Notes: a model not told the origin generated them from the sequence alone. A DNA stretch of 54,199 nt, filler included, from Squatina squatina (GCA_031763465.1; 4 parts of 4 records of this genome joined end to end with filler, not necessarily neighbours in it); one strand, 5' to 3'. Positions 25,491 to 39,100 are shown, counted from the first letter of the whole stretch. Numbers and translations are program-made.

Positions 25491-25749
25491 TTGTTGTGTG
25501 CTTCTGCCTAATTATCTATCAATTATTCATCCTGAAGCTTCAGCATGTCATACAGAGCCCAAGTGATCTCGGTAGACTCCGCAATAAATGATCACTGCAA
25601 GCCCGCCAATCAGAAGAAAGATCATAAAGCTGTCATCGAGGCAGGGTGAGTCTGTGGATCACATGTTGTTCATATTGGTCAGCGCTGCGCTCTTCATCTG
25701 AGATGTTGCTGCCGAGGAAATGACTTCAGTTTTTTTTACTTCTTCGTAC

Positions 25750-25837
25750 CTGGGATGTATGCTTCACTGCCAAGGAGAGCATTTATTGCCCATTTCTAGT
25801 TGCCTTTGAGAAAGTGGGGATGAGCCGCCTTCTTCAA
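25750..25837 (-). mobile_element. Shark SINE/LINE tail fragment
   Basis: ggatgt...aagg..gcatttattgcccat..ctagttgcc; same motif at 3128-3180. Confidence 0.55.
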
Positions 25838-25936
25838 NNNNNNNNNNNNNNNNNNNNNNNNNNNNNNNNNNNNNNNNNNNNNNNNNNNNNNNNNNNNNNN
25901 NNNNNNNNNNNNNNNNNNNNNNNNNNNNNNNNNNNN

Positions 25937-26540
25937 NTCCTCGTCATCAGTAAGACCGCCTACTTCGACCTCTGTAACATCGCTCGACTCCGCCCCTGCC
26001 TCAGATAATCCACTGCTGAGACCCTCGTCCATGCCTCTGTTACCCCTAGACTTGACTATTCCAACACACTCCTGGCTGGCCTCCCATCTTCCACCCTAAT
26101 AAATTTGAGCTCATCCAAAACTCAGCTGCCTATGTCCTAACTCGCACCAAGTCCTGTTCATCCGTCACCCCTGTGCTCGCTGACCTACATTGGCTCCCTG
26201 TTGAGCAACCCCTCGATTTTAAAGTTCTCATCCCTGTTTTGAAATCCCTCCATGGCCTCACCCCTCCNNNNNNNNNNTTCGCTCCACCATTGGTGGCCGT
26301 GCCTTCTGTTGCCTCGGCCCTAAGTTCTGGAATTCCCTCCCTCGACCTCTCCGCCTCTCCACCTCTCTCCTCATCCTTTAAGACGCACCTTAAAACCTAC
26401 CTCTTGGACCAAGCCGTTGGTCATCTGCGGTCATTTCTTAAGTGGCGTGGTGACAAATTTTTGTCGTGTAATGCTCCTATGAAGCGCCTTGAAACGTTTT
26501 ACTCTGTTAAAGGCGCTATAAGCGCAAGTTGTTGTTGTTC
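25937..26540 (+). mobile_element. L2 LINE 3' end (ORF2 C-terminus plus tail)
   Basis: ISKTAYF.LCNIARLRPCL, AETLVHA.VT.RLDYSN.LLAGLP, PVLADLHWLPV; ends aaggcgctata..gcaagttgttgttgtt. Confidence 0.9.
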
Positions 26541-26597
26541 AGTTAAATTATAGTTCTATAAGTACTCGTTACCATTTACAGGAGGTGTGAGGAACTA

Positions 26598-26852
<255 letters not shown>

Positions 26853-27224
26853 TCAGACTGTCCAGTGCCACACCAGTGCGATGGCTGGCCAGCAGTTTGA
26901 TTATGATGGTCACTGCCAATGAGGAGCAAATAAGCAGCAGAAAAATAAGCAAACAAGTCATTAACAAAGTTTTTTTAGTCAAAAGTATCAGGAACTGACC
27001 AATCAAATTGTTGAAATAATTTTGGGAAGCTGCCATTTTATTTTCACCTTCCCAAAAATTTACTAATAGAAGTGTTGTGAAAAACTAATAAAAAAATGTA
27101 ATAATTCAGAGTAAGAAATTTACTCTTATTCATAGAATGGTTTGTACCGCCCTGTAAATCACTGGAGAAAATGTTCTCAGNNNNNNNNNNNNNNNNNNNN
27201 NNNNNNNNNNNNNNNNNNNNNNNN

Positions 27225-27236
27225 TTAATTAATTAA
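27225..27236. other. Artificial six-frame-stop linker
   Basis: N44-TTAATTAATTAA-N44. Confidence 0.95.
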
Positions 27237-27871
27237 NNNNNNNNNNNNNNNNNNNNNNNNNNNNNNNNNNNNNNNNNNNNCCGTGGGAAACGGGGCATCG
27301 GCTTCACAAATGTGCAATACAGCGGTCCTGGCTTTAACATTGCTTTTGAGCAATGGAAGGTTCCAGAATTGCAGTCGAAAAGACAAAAGGACTAGAAGTA
27401 GGTCCACTGCTATAAATACAGATTTTAGCCTGCAGGGTTTAGATGAAAAGCGAATTAAAGAAGAGTGATTACAGTTCCATTTGTTACTGCAGTCATAGGA
27501 CAGAATGTGGGCAATGCAGGTGCATTGTTTGTGTTAATTAGGAGGCCCTGGAGCTTTCTGAGTGGGAACATTAATTCGTGGAATATGATTCTTTTGTTTG
27601 AGATAACAGCAAATTAGTACCAACCGGTCCTGACACGGGATTTTACACTGTTTCTATGGTGGTGTAGGCTCGAGGCGTAGCATGTTAATACATTAATGAG
27701 ATCTTTCCTCTGCACGAGCACTGCCTTTGCCAGTCCGCTATCATCAAGTACCCCGCTGTCTGGAGAAGGTTTCCTCCACTCTCTGCGGCCGCTCAACTTG
27801 CAGAATACTATTAACCTTGCAATCCCTGCACCAAACCGTCTGCGTTTTCTTTCAGCACCTCAGTATATTTC

Positions 27872-27985
27872 AGGTGCTGGAAATCTGAAATGTCAGAGAG
27901 AAAAAAAGAGAGCAGGAAATGCTGGAAACGCTCAGCAGGTCAAACAGCGTCTGTGGAGAGGGGGAGGAAAAAAACATCGGGTCAA
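27872..27985 (-). mobile_element. Penelope-like terminal repeat fragment
   Basis: tgctggaaatctgaaat...gaaatgctggaaacgctcagcaggtca..cagcgtctgtggagag; same family at 31144-31204 and, in the opposite orientation, 51432-51612. Confidence 0.6.
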
Positions 27986-28499
27986 CCAATCAGCTNNNNN
28001 NNNNNNNNNNNNNNNNNNNNNNNNNNNNNNNNNNNNNNNNNNNNNNNNNNNNNNNNNNNNNNNNNNNNNNNNNNNNNNNNNNNNNNNNNNNNNNNATCTT
28101 ATATGCTTCAATAAGATCTCCTCTCATTCTTCTAAATTCCAATGAGTAGAGTCCCAACCTGTTCAACCTTTCACTAGGAGTGATTTTAGCACCCGTTTAG
28201 CGCTGTCCCTTTAAATCAGGGAATTGGACTGATAGAAAAAAAGTTCCCGACACTTAGAAAAATCGTACAAATTCCAGTGTTACTCACTCATTAACGCTCA
28301 TTGTCTTTGACACATTTCAGCAGGCCAATTGTCCAAACTCTCTAATTGGCAGCAATCAACTCTCAGGGCAGCAAAGCCCATAAAACTGGAAAGTTTTCAT
28401 TCCTGGACACTGCTTTGGTCAATTGGAGAGGGGTGAGAGTGATAGTCAAAAACTGAGTGAGTAATTTTATAGTCGGAAGAGCAAACACTGAAATGTCTG

Positions 28500-28625
28500 G
28501 TGCGGGTGATGGAAGGATGCGAGCTCGAAAATTCTCTGAGGCTGCACTGGAAATATGCGTGGCCTCAGTGCCCACAAGGGCCCAGATTCTGTTCAGGCAA
28601 GGAGGAAGAGAATTAGCAGTATTGC
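28500..28625 (+). mobile_element. Myb/SANT-like DNA-binding protein fragment (probable Harbinger second ORF)
   Basis: RMRARKFSEAALEICVASV..RAQILFRQGGR resembles the 'R.R..FS..ELE.LV..V..R..ILF' start of Myb/SANT-like domains; terminates shortly after. Confidence 0.5.
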
Positions 28626-30141
28626 CGGGGGGAGAGAAATAAAATGATTTGTGCCATTTAGCAAGCTTGTTTTGTAGTCATGTTCAGCTCTCACCCAATC
28701 ATGTGAGGATTGGGCTGGATTTAATATACAGCTGCCCACACTTCATTGATGATTTGTACAAAAATAGCTGTAAGTAATTACATGCAGAAAATAGGCTATT
28801 TGATTTATAACTGGAGTCCTAGGAAGCGGCTTTGAAGTCGAAGAATGGCTTGATTTTAGGTAGATTTTGCAAAGGAAGCAGTTAGCACATGAATATTGTC
28901 AAAGCCAAAGGTTTCCACTGGGAGCTAGCTGGGAAACTGCAGCAACTGCTGTCCCACTTATTATTGGACGCACGATGCAGGCCTCTATTCGTTGTTTTAT
29001 CTGGGCAGAAATAGCAAGAGGACCTTCCAGAAGGACCAGGATAGAACGTCAGTCTGATTGTAGGCTCTTGACATGCGCCTTGACCTTTGATTTCCCACAC
29101 AACGACCAATCATAATAATAAAATAGGTAATATTCTTTCTCTCATTGACTGATTTGCGTGCTTTTCACACTTGGCAATCCCATTCAAATTCAGCCTCTGT
29201 CTTCAANNNNNNNNNNNNNNNNNNNNNNNNNNNNNNNNNNNNNNNNNNNNNNNNNNNNNNNNNNNNNNNNNNNNNNNNNNNNNNNNNNNNNNNNNNNNNN
29301 NNNNNNCCACCACAAACCCTGTAACTGCCAGGGCGAGACAGCAAAGAGAAAAACCCAGGGTCAATTAGGGATAAAATACTCTGGAAAATTCCTCTCCGCC
29401 CTACTCTGGTGACACCTATGTGGGCAACGGATAGCTCCTGTTTCATAAAAATACTCTGCTTCCTTCCCCCACATACACATACACATCCTCTGTGCCAAAT
29501 GATCAACCATCTCTAAGGGTCCAAACCTCAAAAACAGAGCTTTTAGACTTGGCAACAATGAAGGATAAACCTGCCAATATTGAAGAGGTTACAAATATTT
29601 CAATCAGCATCACTGCAGAGCCTTAAATTTCCATTAAAAGTTTATTGTGAACTTGGCAGCAACAGGGACAAATCTAATAACTCTCCACACTTCTGGGTTC
29701 CAGCATTATTCAATTTATAGGCTTTTTCTCTTCTGAACAGTCAGCAGGTTTATGATTGATTGCAGTGGGAAAGTAGGACATGCTGGTGAGAATGGGAAAG
29801 CAAATCACACTGGAACTCATCAGCATCTGGGAGCTGAACTAGTGCAGCATTTCTTTCACAGTAGTCTCCTTACAGCAAGATTTCCTCATCTAAGGGTGAG
29901 ATGGAAACCTGTATCCTTAAGCTTGCAACTTGGCCAAATGGAGAATCCTCATTACAACTGGCACTGGAGCTCCTGTGCTGCTTAGCTGGGTAAATGTGCC
30001 ACTTAATTACCGCCAGATACAATTCTTCCAACGTGTCAGGTNNNNNNNNNNNNNNNNNNNNNNNNNNNNNNNNNNNNNNNNNNNNNNNNNNNNNNNNNNN
30101 NNNNNNNNNNNNNNNNNNNNNNNNNNNNNNNNNNNNNNNNN

Positions 30142-30372
30142 GAGAGTGGTGAACCTGTGGAATTCTCTACCACAGAAGGCAGTTGATGCCAAATCATTAA
30201 ATATATTCAAGAAGGGGTTAGATATAGTTCTTAAGGATAAAGGGATCAGGGGATACGGGGAGAAAGCAGGGACAGGGTACTGAAGTTGATCAGCCATGAT
30301 CTCATTGAATGGCGGAGCAGGCTGAAAGGGCCGAATGGCCTACTCCTGCTCCTATCTTCTATGTTTCTATGT
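30142..30372 (+). mobile_element. Young CR1 LINE 3' end
   Basis: RVVNLWNSLPQKAVDAKSLNIFKKGLDIVLKDKGIRGYGEKAGTGY*, then the 3' UTR and a (ctatgttt) tail. Confidence 0.92.
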
Positions 30373-31143
30373 NNNNNNNNNNAGGAATAATGAATGTAGT
30401 CTTGTATCTTGTCCTTCAATGATCCATCCCATCCTCAATTCAGCAAGGAAATAAATATCCAAACACATTATAGTTCAATTATTCAGTACATGATTTAAGT
30501 GCATCTGTCCTTTAAAATCTAAACATTTGCACTGCTCCATTTATAACGTAGGTGGGATTGATATTAAAAATGATAGATCCTCAAAACGAATCAATTCTCT
30601 GTTTTCTTATTGATACAGGAGGAGAGACAGCTTGGGGAGAATCTGAATAAGCAGCAGTCTGGGATATGTTTAGTGAACAATTCATAATGTACACAAAGTA
30701 GTGATTTAAAAAACAACCCGCTCAGACTGCAAGTCTTGTCTTGTGCTGCGAACGTCATCTTCAAACAGCATTAGAAGCAGCCTGCACTCCTGGGTTCCAT
30801 CTCAGAAGTAAGTTAAACAATTCTAAACAGAAATATCACAGTCTTAAATGGGTTATAACGGGCAACAGGTAGTCCAGGTGGGCGAATTTTTAAGTGATCC
30901 AATTTTGAAGTTCAAGCGGCTTTCAAATAAATTATTTATCAGATGGTGGTTTTTGATCTTGTCTGAAAACAAAGTCCAAATCCCGGCTTTACAACACACC
31001 CAGAATTATCTAATTTACAGGTTGAAGTAATGCTCCGACACTTCCACCATCAATGTTCTCAGTCCGACTGGTTGGAGCTGGACAAGGGTGGCCCTGGTTG
31101 TCCCAACTCCCCCCTCAAAAGGGAAACAGCGGCCCCTTTCATT

Positions 31144-31204
31144 GAAATGACAACAGAAAATGCTGGGAACGCTCAGCAGGTCAGGCAGCATCTGTGGAGA
31201 GATC
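31144..31204 (-). mobile_element. Penelope-like terminal repeat fragment
   Basis: acagaaaatgctgggaacgctcagcaggtcaggcagcatctgtggagaga, truncated by a gap. Confidence 0.6.
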
Positions 31205-32639
31205 NNNNNNNNNNNNNNNNNNNNNNNNNNNNNNNNNNNNNNNNNNNNNNNNNNNNNNNNNNNNNNNNNNNNNNNNNNNNNNNNNNNNNNNNNNNNNNNN
31301 NNNNCGCGGGTTTGGGAGGTGCTGTCGAAGGAGCCTTGGCGAGTTGCTGCCGTACATCTTGTAGATGGTACTCACTGCAGCCGGTGTGCTGAAATCGATG
31401 CACCCAGTGTGAAAAAGTTCACTCAGACTTCCAACTTTTTAAACTTGTGTCCCCTGCTAATTGAAACTTTCGCTGACATCAAAAAAATTATTCTGGATCA
31501 ATATTGATGATTCTTTTTGTAATCTTGAAAACTTCAGTTGATTCTGAAGGCAGGGGTGGGGGAGGGGGAGCTAGGGAAGAAAAATATTAAGAGAAAGAGA
31601 GACACAGGTGGTCAATAAACCCATGGACTTAACTCTCATTTCACCCAGTGACTGTGCTATACTGCTTCTTCCACACAAAATTACTTTCTCCCAAATCTCT
31701 CGATAGGAAGTATGAGCACTCAGTGCTCCAAAGTGATTCCAAAGGGAATGTGGTGCTTATCCAGTCACCAATCTCAATTCATTGGCGGGCATTCAAAATG
31801 ATTGACAGCCATCATATAAACATGGCAGCGCTCAAAAGGTTCCCAGCGGGGAGTGGGTGAAGTCTGCAACATTGAAGGCTCGGCCACCAGCTTTCTGCTC
31901 CCCTCCCAGCTAATCAAACTTCACCGAATAGTAAAGAGGCTGGAGGTTTGAAGCGAGCACGCTCCCTAAGTAAAGGGATCATAATGTGATTTTCACCATA
32001 ACATTTTTCAATATTTATTCTGCGGTGCTTTGTGCTTCTGTTGATCCGGGAAGTGGAAGGGGCAGCAATCATCCGGTGGTGTAGACATACATTCAGGTGA
32101 CTGAAGTCAGAAGAATAGGCTTAAGGAGGAGGAGGGAAGATAGAATACTGTGAGCTCAATCAACAGAAGCATAGTATTTATTCAAATTCAATTCTCCTCA
32201 GTGTATACCTGCTCTAAAAGATATGCAAAGTTTGACATTTTAAGAATATCCCAGCCTCATGATTGGAATATCACCTTTGGCAGTGAGTATTCTGTGCCTT
32301 CTAATAAAGGTGTATTGCTGCAGTGCAATGTCCCATGACATAGTCAAGAAATGCAAGATAAAAAGTCATCAAGATTCACAGAGCCTCCGAGCAAAGATAG
32401 CACTATACCTTCTGACAGTGGATGTTGGCTCTTTTTTTCCCCAATCTCTTGGACTGTGCCACCAAAAAATGTCACAACTCTTAACACTGCATTAATCACC
32501 AACCGTCAAGGAATGGGTTTGGTCAAATGTAGTGTGAAGTAAGGATGGGAGGAGGCTCATGTGGAGCAAAAACACCGGCATAGACCAGTCAGGCCAAATC
32601 TATGTAATTCTATGTATTATCTCTGGCAATAGCTTGATC

Positions 32640-32883
32640 TAGTGCTCTCACAACAAGGGAGCATAATCTTAAAATTAGAGCTAGGTCACTCAGGCGAATT
32701 GTCAGGAAGGGGAGTAGAAATATGGAACATTCTCCCCCAAAAGGCTGTTGAGGCTGGGGGTCAATTGAAAATTTCAGGACTGAAATTGACAGATTTTTGT
32801 TAACCACAGGCATGAAGGGATACGGAACCAAGGTGGGTAGATGGAGTTGAAATACAGCTCAGGCATGATCTAATTGAATAGCG
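32640..32883 (+). mobile_element. CR1 LINE 3' end with internal deletion
   Basis: aaggga.cataatcttaaaattagagctagg...ggctgttgaggc...catgatctaattgaat. Confidence 0.75.
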
Positions 32884-33754
32884 NNNNNNNNNNNNNNNNN
32901 NNNNNNNNNNNNNNNNNNNNNNNNNNNNNNNNNNNNNNNNNNNNNNNNNNNNNNNNNNNNNNNNNNNNNNNNNNNNNNNNNNNTTCTAGTTCCCACACTT
33001 ACCTCAGTCCCAGTGCGCAGCCAAGGGGCGTCTGAAAGTCTGCAGACCGGCAGCTGCTTCCCGCCCACTTTCTGTCCGTTTGCAGGCAGCATGTTGATGA
33101 GGTCCGCATGTTAAAATACCTGGGCTTGTTTTGTACTGCAGCAGCTGAGGTGTTTACAACTGCACATTCTAATCGAAATGAGATATGAACAATGCTTTAT
33201 ACAGCAACAATATAACTTCCTTTGGGTCGTCCTTTCATGCTCATGTTCATCTGTCAGGGCATCTCTAGCAGTCAACCTCCTTAACACAATATTTGATACA
33301 CAACATTCAAAGTGCTTTGGGAAAAATTGAATTTCAGCAGCCTGTTCAGTAAAAGTTCCAATTCTAATTGCAAGCACTTGTCACAGAGAAACCAATTTTT
33401 ATTTTGGGTTATCTGGAGGCCACTGGATCAAATCCACTTATTAATTCCACACAGACATTCAACCCTTTAAGGCTAATGGGTTTTCTTCAGAAGTCAGGGA
33501 CTTGCTTTGAAATATTCAGTACTCCTAATATTTTATAATGGGCCTCTACAACAAAAGCTTCAGTGAAGCTTTGATAAAGGCATCCATCAGCCTACTTAAG
33601 ACAACAGTAAGCATTCAAAGAACAAAGCAGAGTTCACGTTTTTGCTGCAACCTCCTAGCCTTCCAGTCACCTCAGTACCCGGTGATTCAGAAGTAAAAAG
33701 GGTCGTAATTCTACGCCTCGTAGAATACACAGGGCTGTCAGAAAGAAAAAAAGG

Positions 33755-33884
33755 AAAATTTGCATGTATATAGCGCCTTTCACGAACACCGGATGTCCCA
33801 AAGCACTTTACAGCCAATGAAGTACTTTTTGAAGTGCAGTCACTGTTGTAATGTAGGAAACGCAGCAGCCAATTTGTGCACAGC
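33755..33884 (-). mobile_element. Deu-domain SINE 3' end (SacSINE1-like)
   Basis: ttgcatgtatatagcgcctttcacga...cccaaagcactttacagccaatgaagtactttt...gcagccaatttgtgcacagc. Confidence 0.85.
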
Positions 33885-35121
33885 NNNNNNNNNNNNNNNN
33901 NNNNNNNNNNNNNNNNNNNNNNNNNNNNNNNNNNNNNNNNNNNNNNNNNNNNNNNNNNNNNNNNNNNNNNNNNNNNNNNNNNNNACATCGGCAAAATCAG
34001 TTTTGTCACCAGCCACAAGAAAGTGCAGCTCAGTAAGTGTCAGCAGTCTCCAGGTGCTGCCTGTTCAGAGATTGTGGTTGGCCTAATTCAAACACAGTTT
34101 GAAATCAGCTGCCTTCACACACTGATTATTATTTAACCTGAACACCCAGCAACTAAAAGCCGTAAAACCTTCAGGTATATTTAACCAAATAGATTGTACT
34201 CATTTAATTAAAATAATTTACAATAAACCCTCTCCAGACGCATGAATCATCAGTAAAATTAGCATTGCTGCAGAGTGACAACACTCAGAGCTACCTGATT
34301 ATCACATTGCATAATATCTGCTTTCCTCTCCACGAGGCACAGACGAGTGCCTCGTTGCTAGGGGAAACGGGCCTAAAAAAAAATGTCTACTCTAGGAGCC
34401 TTCGAGAAAATTGTCACAAACTACAAGAGGAGGCAGTGCCCAGGTCACGACAATACATAGTCTAAGTAGATGCGGGACATTGTTCGTGAAGCATCGGTTG
34501 TTATGTAACTCCTTCTGCTAGAGAACATCTTGGCACAATTGTTATCTCAGGTTCAAATAACTAAGGTACAAGAAAAAGAGAGAGAGGCGAGAGGGAGAGA
34601 TACTTTGTGCTGCGACCCTGCTGATAAATTAGAGAGTTGTTGGAATAGCTGAACAAACAGTTTACTCTGTGCAGCCATTCAGCTGATAAAATGTTCAATC
34701 ATTTAAGAGATAATCACACAGAAACAAAGGTCACTCTTAATAGTTAGCAGTGCAGACGGCTTTACAACCCGAAGACTGTCGTTGATTTTACTGTTAATGA
34801 TAGGCCGTGCATTTTAAATCCTGCTCTGCCTGCTAGCACCAAACCAGTGCTGTAATTTGCACTTTTGTCAAACCTAATTCACGCAGCTGTTGCTCAGATG
34901 CTGATTCACTGCAGTGCCTATTTTAGCTGTTTTTAATTGTCTGAGTGCACTCCAGGGGAGTTTTTCTCCCCCACTCCTTTCCTTTTAAGATTTTGCTACT
35001 GTAAACAAAGAGGTCCCACTCTGATCCATCCAGGAGGTCTGTCTTGCTTCTGAGTCGTTGCTGTAACGTGTGACAGGAAAAGCTTAATAGTGGGATGTCT
35101 AGTTTGTCTGTCCATTCGATG

Positions 35122-35305
35122 TAGGATGTCCAGAGGTGAAGAGTCCCAAACGGGGACAATCAGTCCGTGCATGCGCAGTCAGGGCTCCGTGTCTCCATCC
35201 CAGAAACCAGGACATTTGAGCAATTTGAAGGTAAGTGTCGGGACACCGGGACGTTCACTAAAAAAACGAGACAGTCCCGGCAAAACTGGATGTCTGCCCA
35301 CCCTA
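35122..35305 (+). mobile_element. hAT-type MITE with 8-bp TSD (same family as 10664)
   Basis: Ends TAGGATGTCCAGA / TCTGCCCACCCTA; flanks ATTCGATG and ATTTGATG; shared internal blocks agagtcccaa, ggacatttgagca, gtcccggcaaaac. Confidence 0.8.
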
Positions 35306-35348
35306 ATTTGATGGCCTCCTGAGAAATGAGTTGCCTCCCGCAACGGAG

Positions 35349-35425
35349 CTCAGTGCACAGGGTGATGTGATGTGTTCCATGGTCTAGGACTCACGGTCTC
35401 AGTGCACAGGGTGATGTGATGTGTT
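35349..35425. repeat. 49-bp tandem repeat, truncated by a gap
   Basis: ctcagtgcacagggtgatgtgatgtgtt at 35349 and 35398. Confidence 0.85.
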
Positions 35426-35973
35426 NNNNNNNNNNNNNNNNNNNNNNNNNNNNNNNNNNNNNNNNNNNNNNNNNNNNNNNNNNNNNNNNNNNNNNNNNNN
35501 NNNNNNNNNNNNNNNNNNNNNNNNNGGTTAACAGAATAAGTCAAATGCAAATTTTAAGAAAATTACAATTTCAAAAATGGTGACTTCCCCCCTCAGTTAA
35601 TAAACTATTTTCTTGTCACATTTATCCTACACAGAACAAGATTAGCACTTAACTGTCACCAAAATCATGTATATGCACTTGGGATTATACATCTCTTCAT
35701 AGCAATCTGCTTACCAATGCAGCAATGTTAACCTAACTTCTAAGTGTTACATCCAACAATTAATGGTGTTACTGTGCTTAGTCACAAAGAACATTTGGAT
35801 ACACCGTGGCTCAACAGACAGCTACAAGTACTTATTGTCCTAATATTTAAAACATTATTATAAAATATTCCATGTCATGCATTTTAACATTGCTACATGA
35901 TGATGATGATGAAGAGCCAGTTAATCTGTTTTATTCTGGTGTTGTTGGTTGAGTGATTAATGTTGGCCAGGAT

Positions 35974-36143
35974 CAATGTTCCCTTTAAGCTGTGCGTCTG
36001 TGCAGCGCTCTGGAGCACCTGCACAGCCGGCTCACTGGCTTTTAAACCGAAAAATCGTGCATGCGCAGAATTTTGAATGGGCCGCGCAGCCCAACGAAGG
36101 AGCCGCACGACCCCAATTTTTTTTTTTTTAAAAAGGAACATTG
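35974..36143 (+). mobile_element. hAT-type MITE (CAATGTTCC TIR), same family as 53982
   Basis: CAATGTTCC...GGAACATTG termini; shared internal taagctg, gctcac.ggctttt, ttgaatgggcc; no TSD recognisable. Confidence 0.75.
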
Positions 36144-39100
36144 TATCAAGCCCACATCAAGTGTGTACAGTATATTACATACAATCGTCACTCTAATATG
36201 ATCTTTGGCTACAAGACATTTTGATTTGGTGACAACCTGACCTTCAGAAAAAGTCATCTTTCTCCTCCACCCCCTCCCTCACCATGAATGACAATCATAA
36301 TTCTGTATATTCGGACCAAGGTGAGAGAAACCATTAGCAATATATATGCCCACGGATGAGATAAGCTTTGAAGTGGAAAGGCGCCTGAAACACTGCACTA
36401 ATATACAACGGTTGCACATCTGGCCCATAGTACTTCCTATTCTGAACATGTATTAAACCTAGGGACCCAAAAATATAGAATTCTTTTTCCTAAAAAAAAA
36501 ATTCAATAAAGATCTTATGCAAGTACATTCACTCCACCATTTCCAAATAGAAAATCAGGTAAAATTATTCCTCTACAAGTTCATAAAAGGTTAATTCTTT
36601 CTTAAGTAACTATAAACTATATACAGCTAGATATAGCCACGTTAAATACATGTATAGTTTATAGTGTACAAAATACAAGTGTCGATCATTGGTGAAGCTT
36701 CAAGTATGTTTTCAAAATGTAAAGCCGTGTTATTAAGGCTCTACACAATTCCCAGAATTGATTACCTTTAAAACCAATGGAAACAGACATTTGCCGAAGA
36801 CTAACTGGCAAAAATTAATTGAAATTTACAGGGACAGTCAAGTTTTAATTAAAAGTAACTGACTGAGAACAGTGCCAAGTGCTGTGTATCATGAGAGAAA
36901 TTGGAGAATAAAATTAAACGTTGACAAAACCGGTCAGTGCAACAATTCTGCTGTTTGGATTTGTGCTTAGTTTGAAATGATAAAATAGATTCAGGCNNNN
37001 NNNNNNNNNNNNNNNNNNNNNNNNNNNNNNNNNNNNNNNNNNNNNNNNNNNNNNNNNNNNNNNNNNNNNNNNNNNNNNNNNNNNNNNNNNNNNNNNNNNN
37101 NNNNNNNNNNNNNNNNNNNNNNNNNNNNNNNNNNNNNNNNNNNNNNNNNNNNNNNNNNNNNNNNNNNNNNNNNNNNNNNNNNNNNNNNNNNNNNNNNNNN
37201 NNNNNNNNNNNNNNNNNNNNNNNNNNNNNNNNNNNNNNNNNNNNNNNNNNNNNNNNNNNNNNNNNNNNNNNNNNNNNNNNNNNNNNNNNNNNNNNNNNNN
37301 NNNNNNNNNNNNNNNNNNNNNNNNNNNNNNNNNNNNNNNNNNNNNNNNNNNNNNNNNNNNNNNNNNNNNNNNNNNNNNNNNNNNNNNNNNNNNNNNNNNN
37401 NNNNNNNNNNNNNNNNNNNNNNNNNNNNNNNNNNNNNNNNNNNNNNNNNNNNNNNNNNNNNNNNNNNNNNNNNNNNNNNNNNNNNNNNNNNNNNNNNNNN
37501 NNNNNNNNNNNNNNNNNNNNNNNNNNNNNNNNNNNNNNNNNNNNNNNNNNNNNNNNNNNNNNNNNNNNNNNNNNNNNNNNNNNNNNNNNNNNNNNNNNNN
37601 NNNNNNNNNNNNNNNNNNNNNNATAAGCAAGTAAGTCCACAGACCAATGTGTCGTGGTCTGGTCACGTGCCTCATTAGGCACGTGCAGTGCATCGGCATC
37701 GCACCCCAATTCAGACGCGATCCAATTTCTAGACCTTTGACTCTTGTGTGGAGGTACGAATCCACAGGCGCTAGTTGCCCTCCAGTATCTCACCCCAGTA
37801 GTCATTATTCATGTGCAAACCTTGATGTTGAGTGTTGACAGGTTAGTTGACTGCAAAGGCATCACAGTTGAGCTTTTCTGCCCTCGCCCAATCTTCACAC
37901 GATTGCCCTTCCTACCCCCAAACGCAGACAGAGATGCCAAGACCAATTTGCGGCAACCCCTGCTGCAGTAACTTAACTCAGCATGACATGGCAATCAGAC
38001 CTGTGTCCTTCCTGGTTTAACTACCCACGAGATAAGCTCGTAACTGTAACATATTGAGAAGCAAATATCAAAAAGTGTTTATAAACTTGATTCCTCAAAG
38101 GACTCAACTGTTACAGTGAACCTGGGATCTTACCAGTCTATTTGGCTCAGTGCCGCACTGGGCAGTGCACTTATTAACTGAGTAACTGAGGGAGCTATGC
38201 AGTGTACTTCTAAATGATACAATTCTACTTGATGCACAGTATAGCGATGGTATGAGGTTGTATTATTCTTGACAATACAGACTGCTGTATAAATTTGCAT
38301 CTGTCTTTTTTTTTTAAAAAAGGTCTTGTAAGTTGTACAGTTTCAACATTAGTGTAACCTTACACCAATGTGATTTATAAAGTATGCTAAAATACAGATT
38401 TTTCCTCTACACAGTTTAAATGGGCCATCTTGTGTTGATTTGCCTATTTCATCATGTTACAGCACAATCACAGCAACCACGTGTGAAGTCAAACTATTTT
38501 TTTGTTGAAAAAAGCAGCACAGCAATGACAGCTCCTCACAGAATGTACCCAGTCAGTGGCTTCTCGAAGTAGNNNNNNNNNNNNNNNNNNNNNNNNNNNN
38601 NNNNNNNNNNNNNNNNNNNNNNNNNNNNNNNNNNNNNNNNNNNNNNNNNNNNNNNNNNNNNNNNNNNNNNNNNNNNNNNNNNNNNNNNNNNNNNNNNNNN
38701 NNNNNNNNNNNNNNNNNNNNNNNNNNNNNNNNNNNNNNNNNNNNNNNNNNNNNNNNNNNNNNNNNNNNNNNNNNNNNNNNNNNNNNNNNNNNNNNNNNNN
38801 NNNNNNNNNNNNNNNNNNNNNNNNNNNNNNNNNNNNNNNNNNNNNNNNNNNNNNNNNNNNNNNNNNNNNNNNNNNNNNNNNNNNNNNNNNNNNNNNNNNN
38901 NNNNNNNNNNNNNNNNNNNNNNNNNNNNNNNNNNNNNNNNNNNNNNNNNNNNNNNNNNNNNNNNNNNNNNNNNNNNNNNNNNNNNNNNNNNNNNNNNNNN
39001 NNNNNNNNNNNNNNNNNNNNNNNNNNNNNNNNNNNNNNNNNNNNNNNNNNNNNNNNNNNNNNNNNNNNNNNNNNNNNNNNNNNNNNNNNNNNNNNNNNNN

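Noticed and set aside
33002-33120. Minus-strand GAG|GTAAGT donor with short upstream ORF
   Set aside because: No recognisable peptide or good acceptor.
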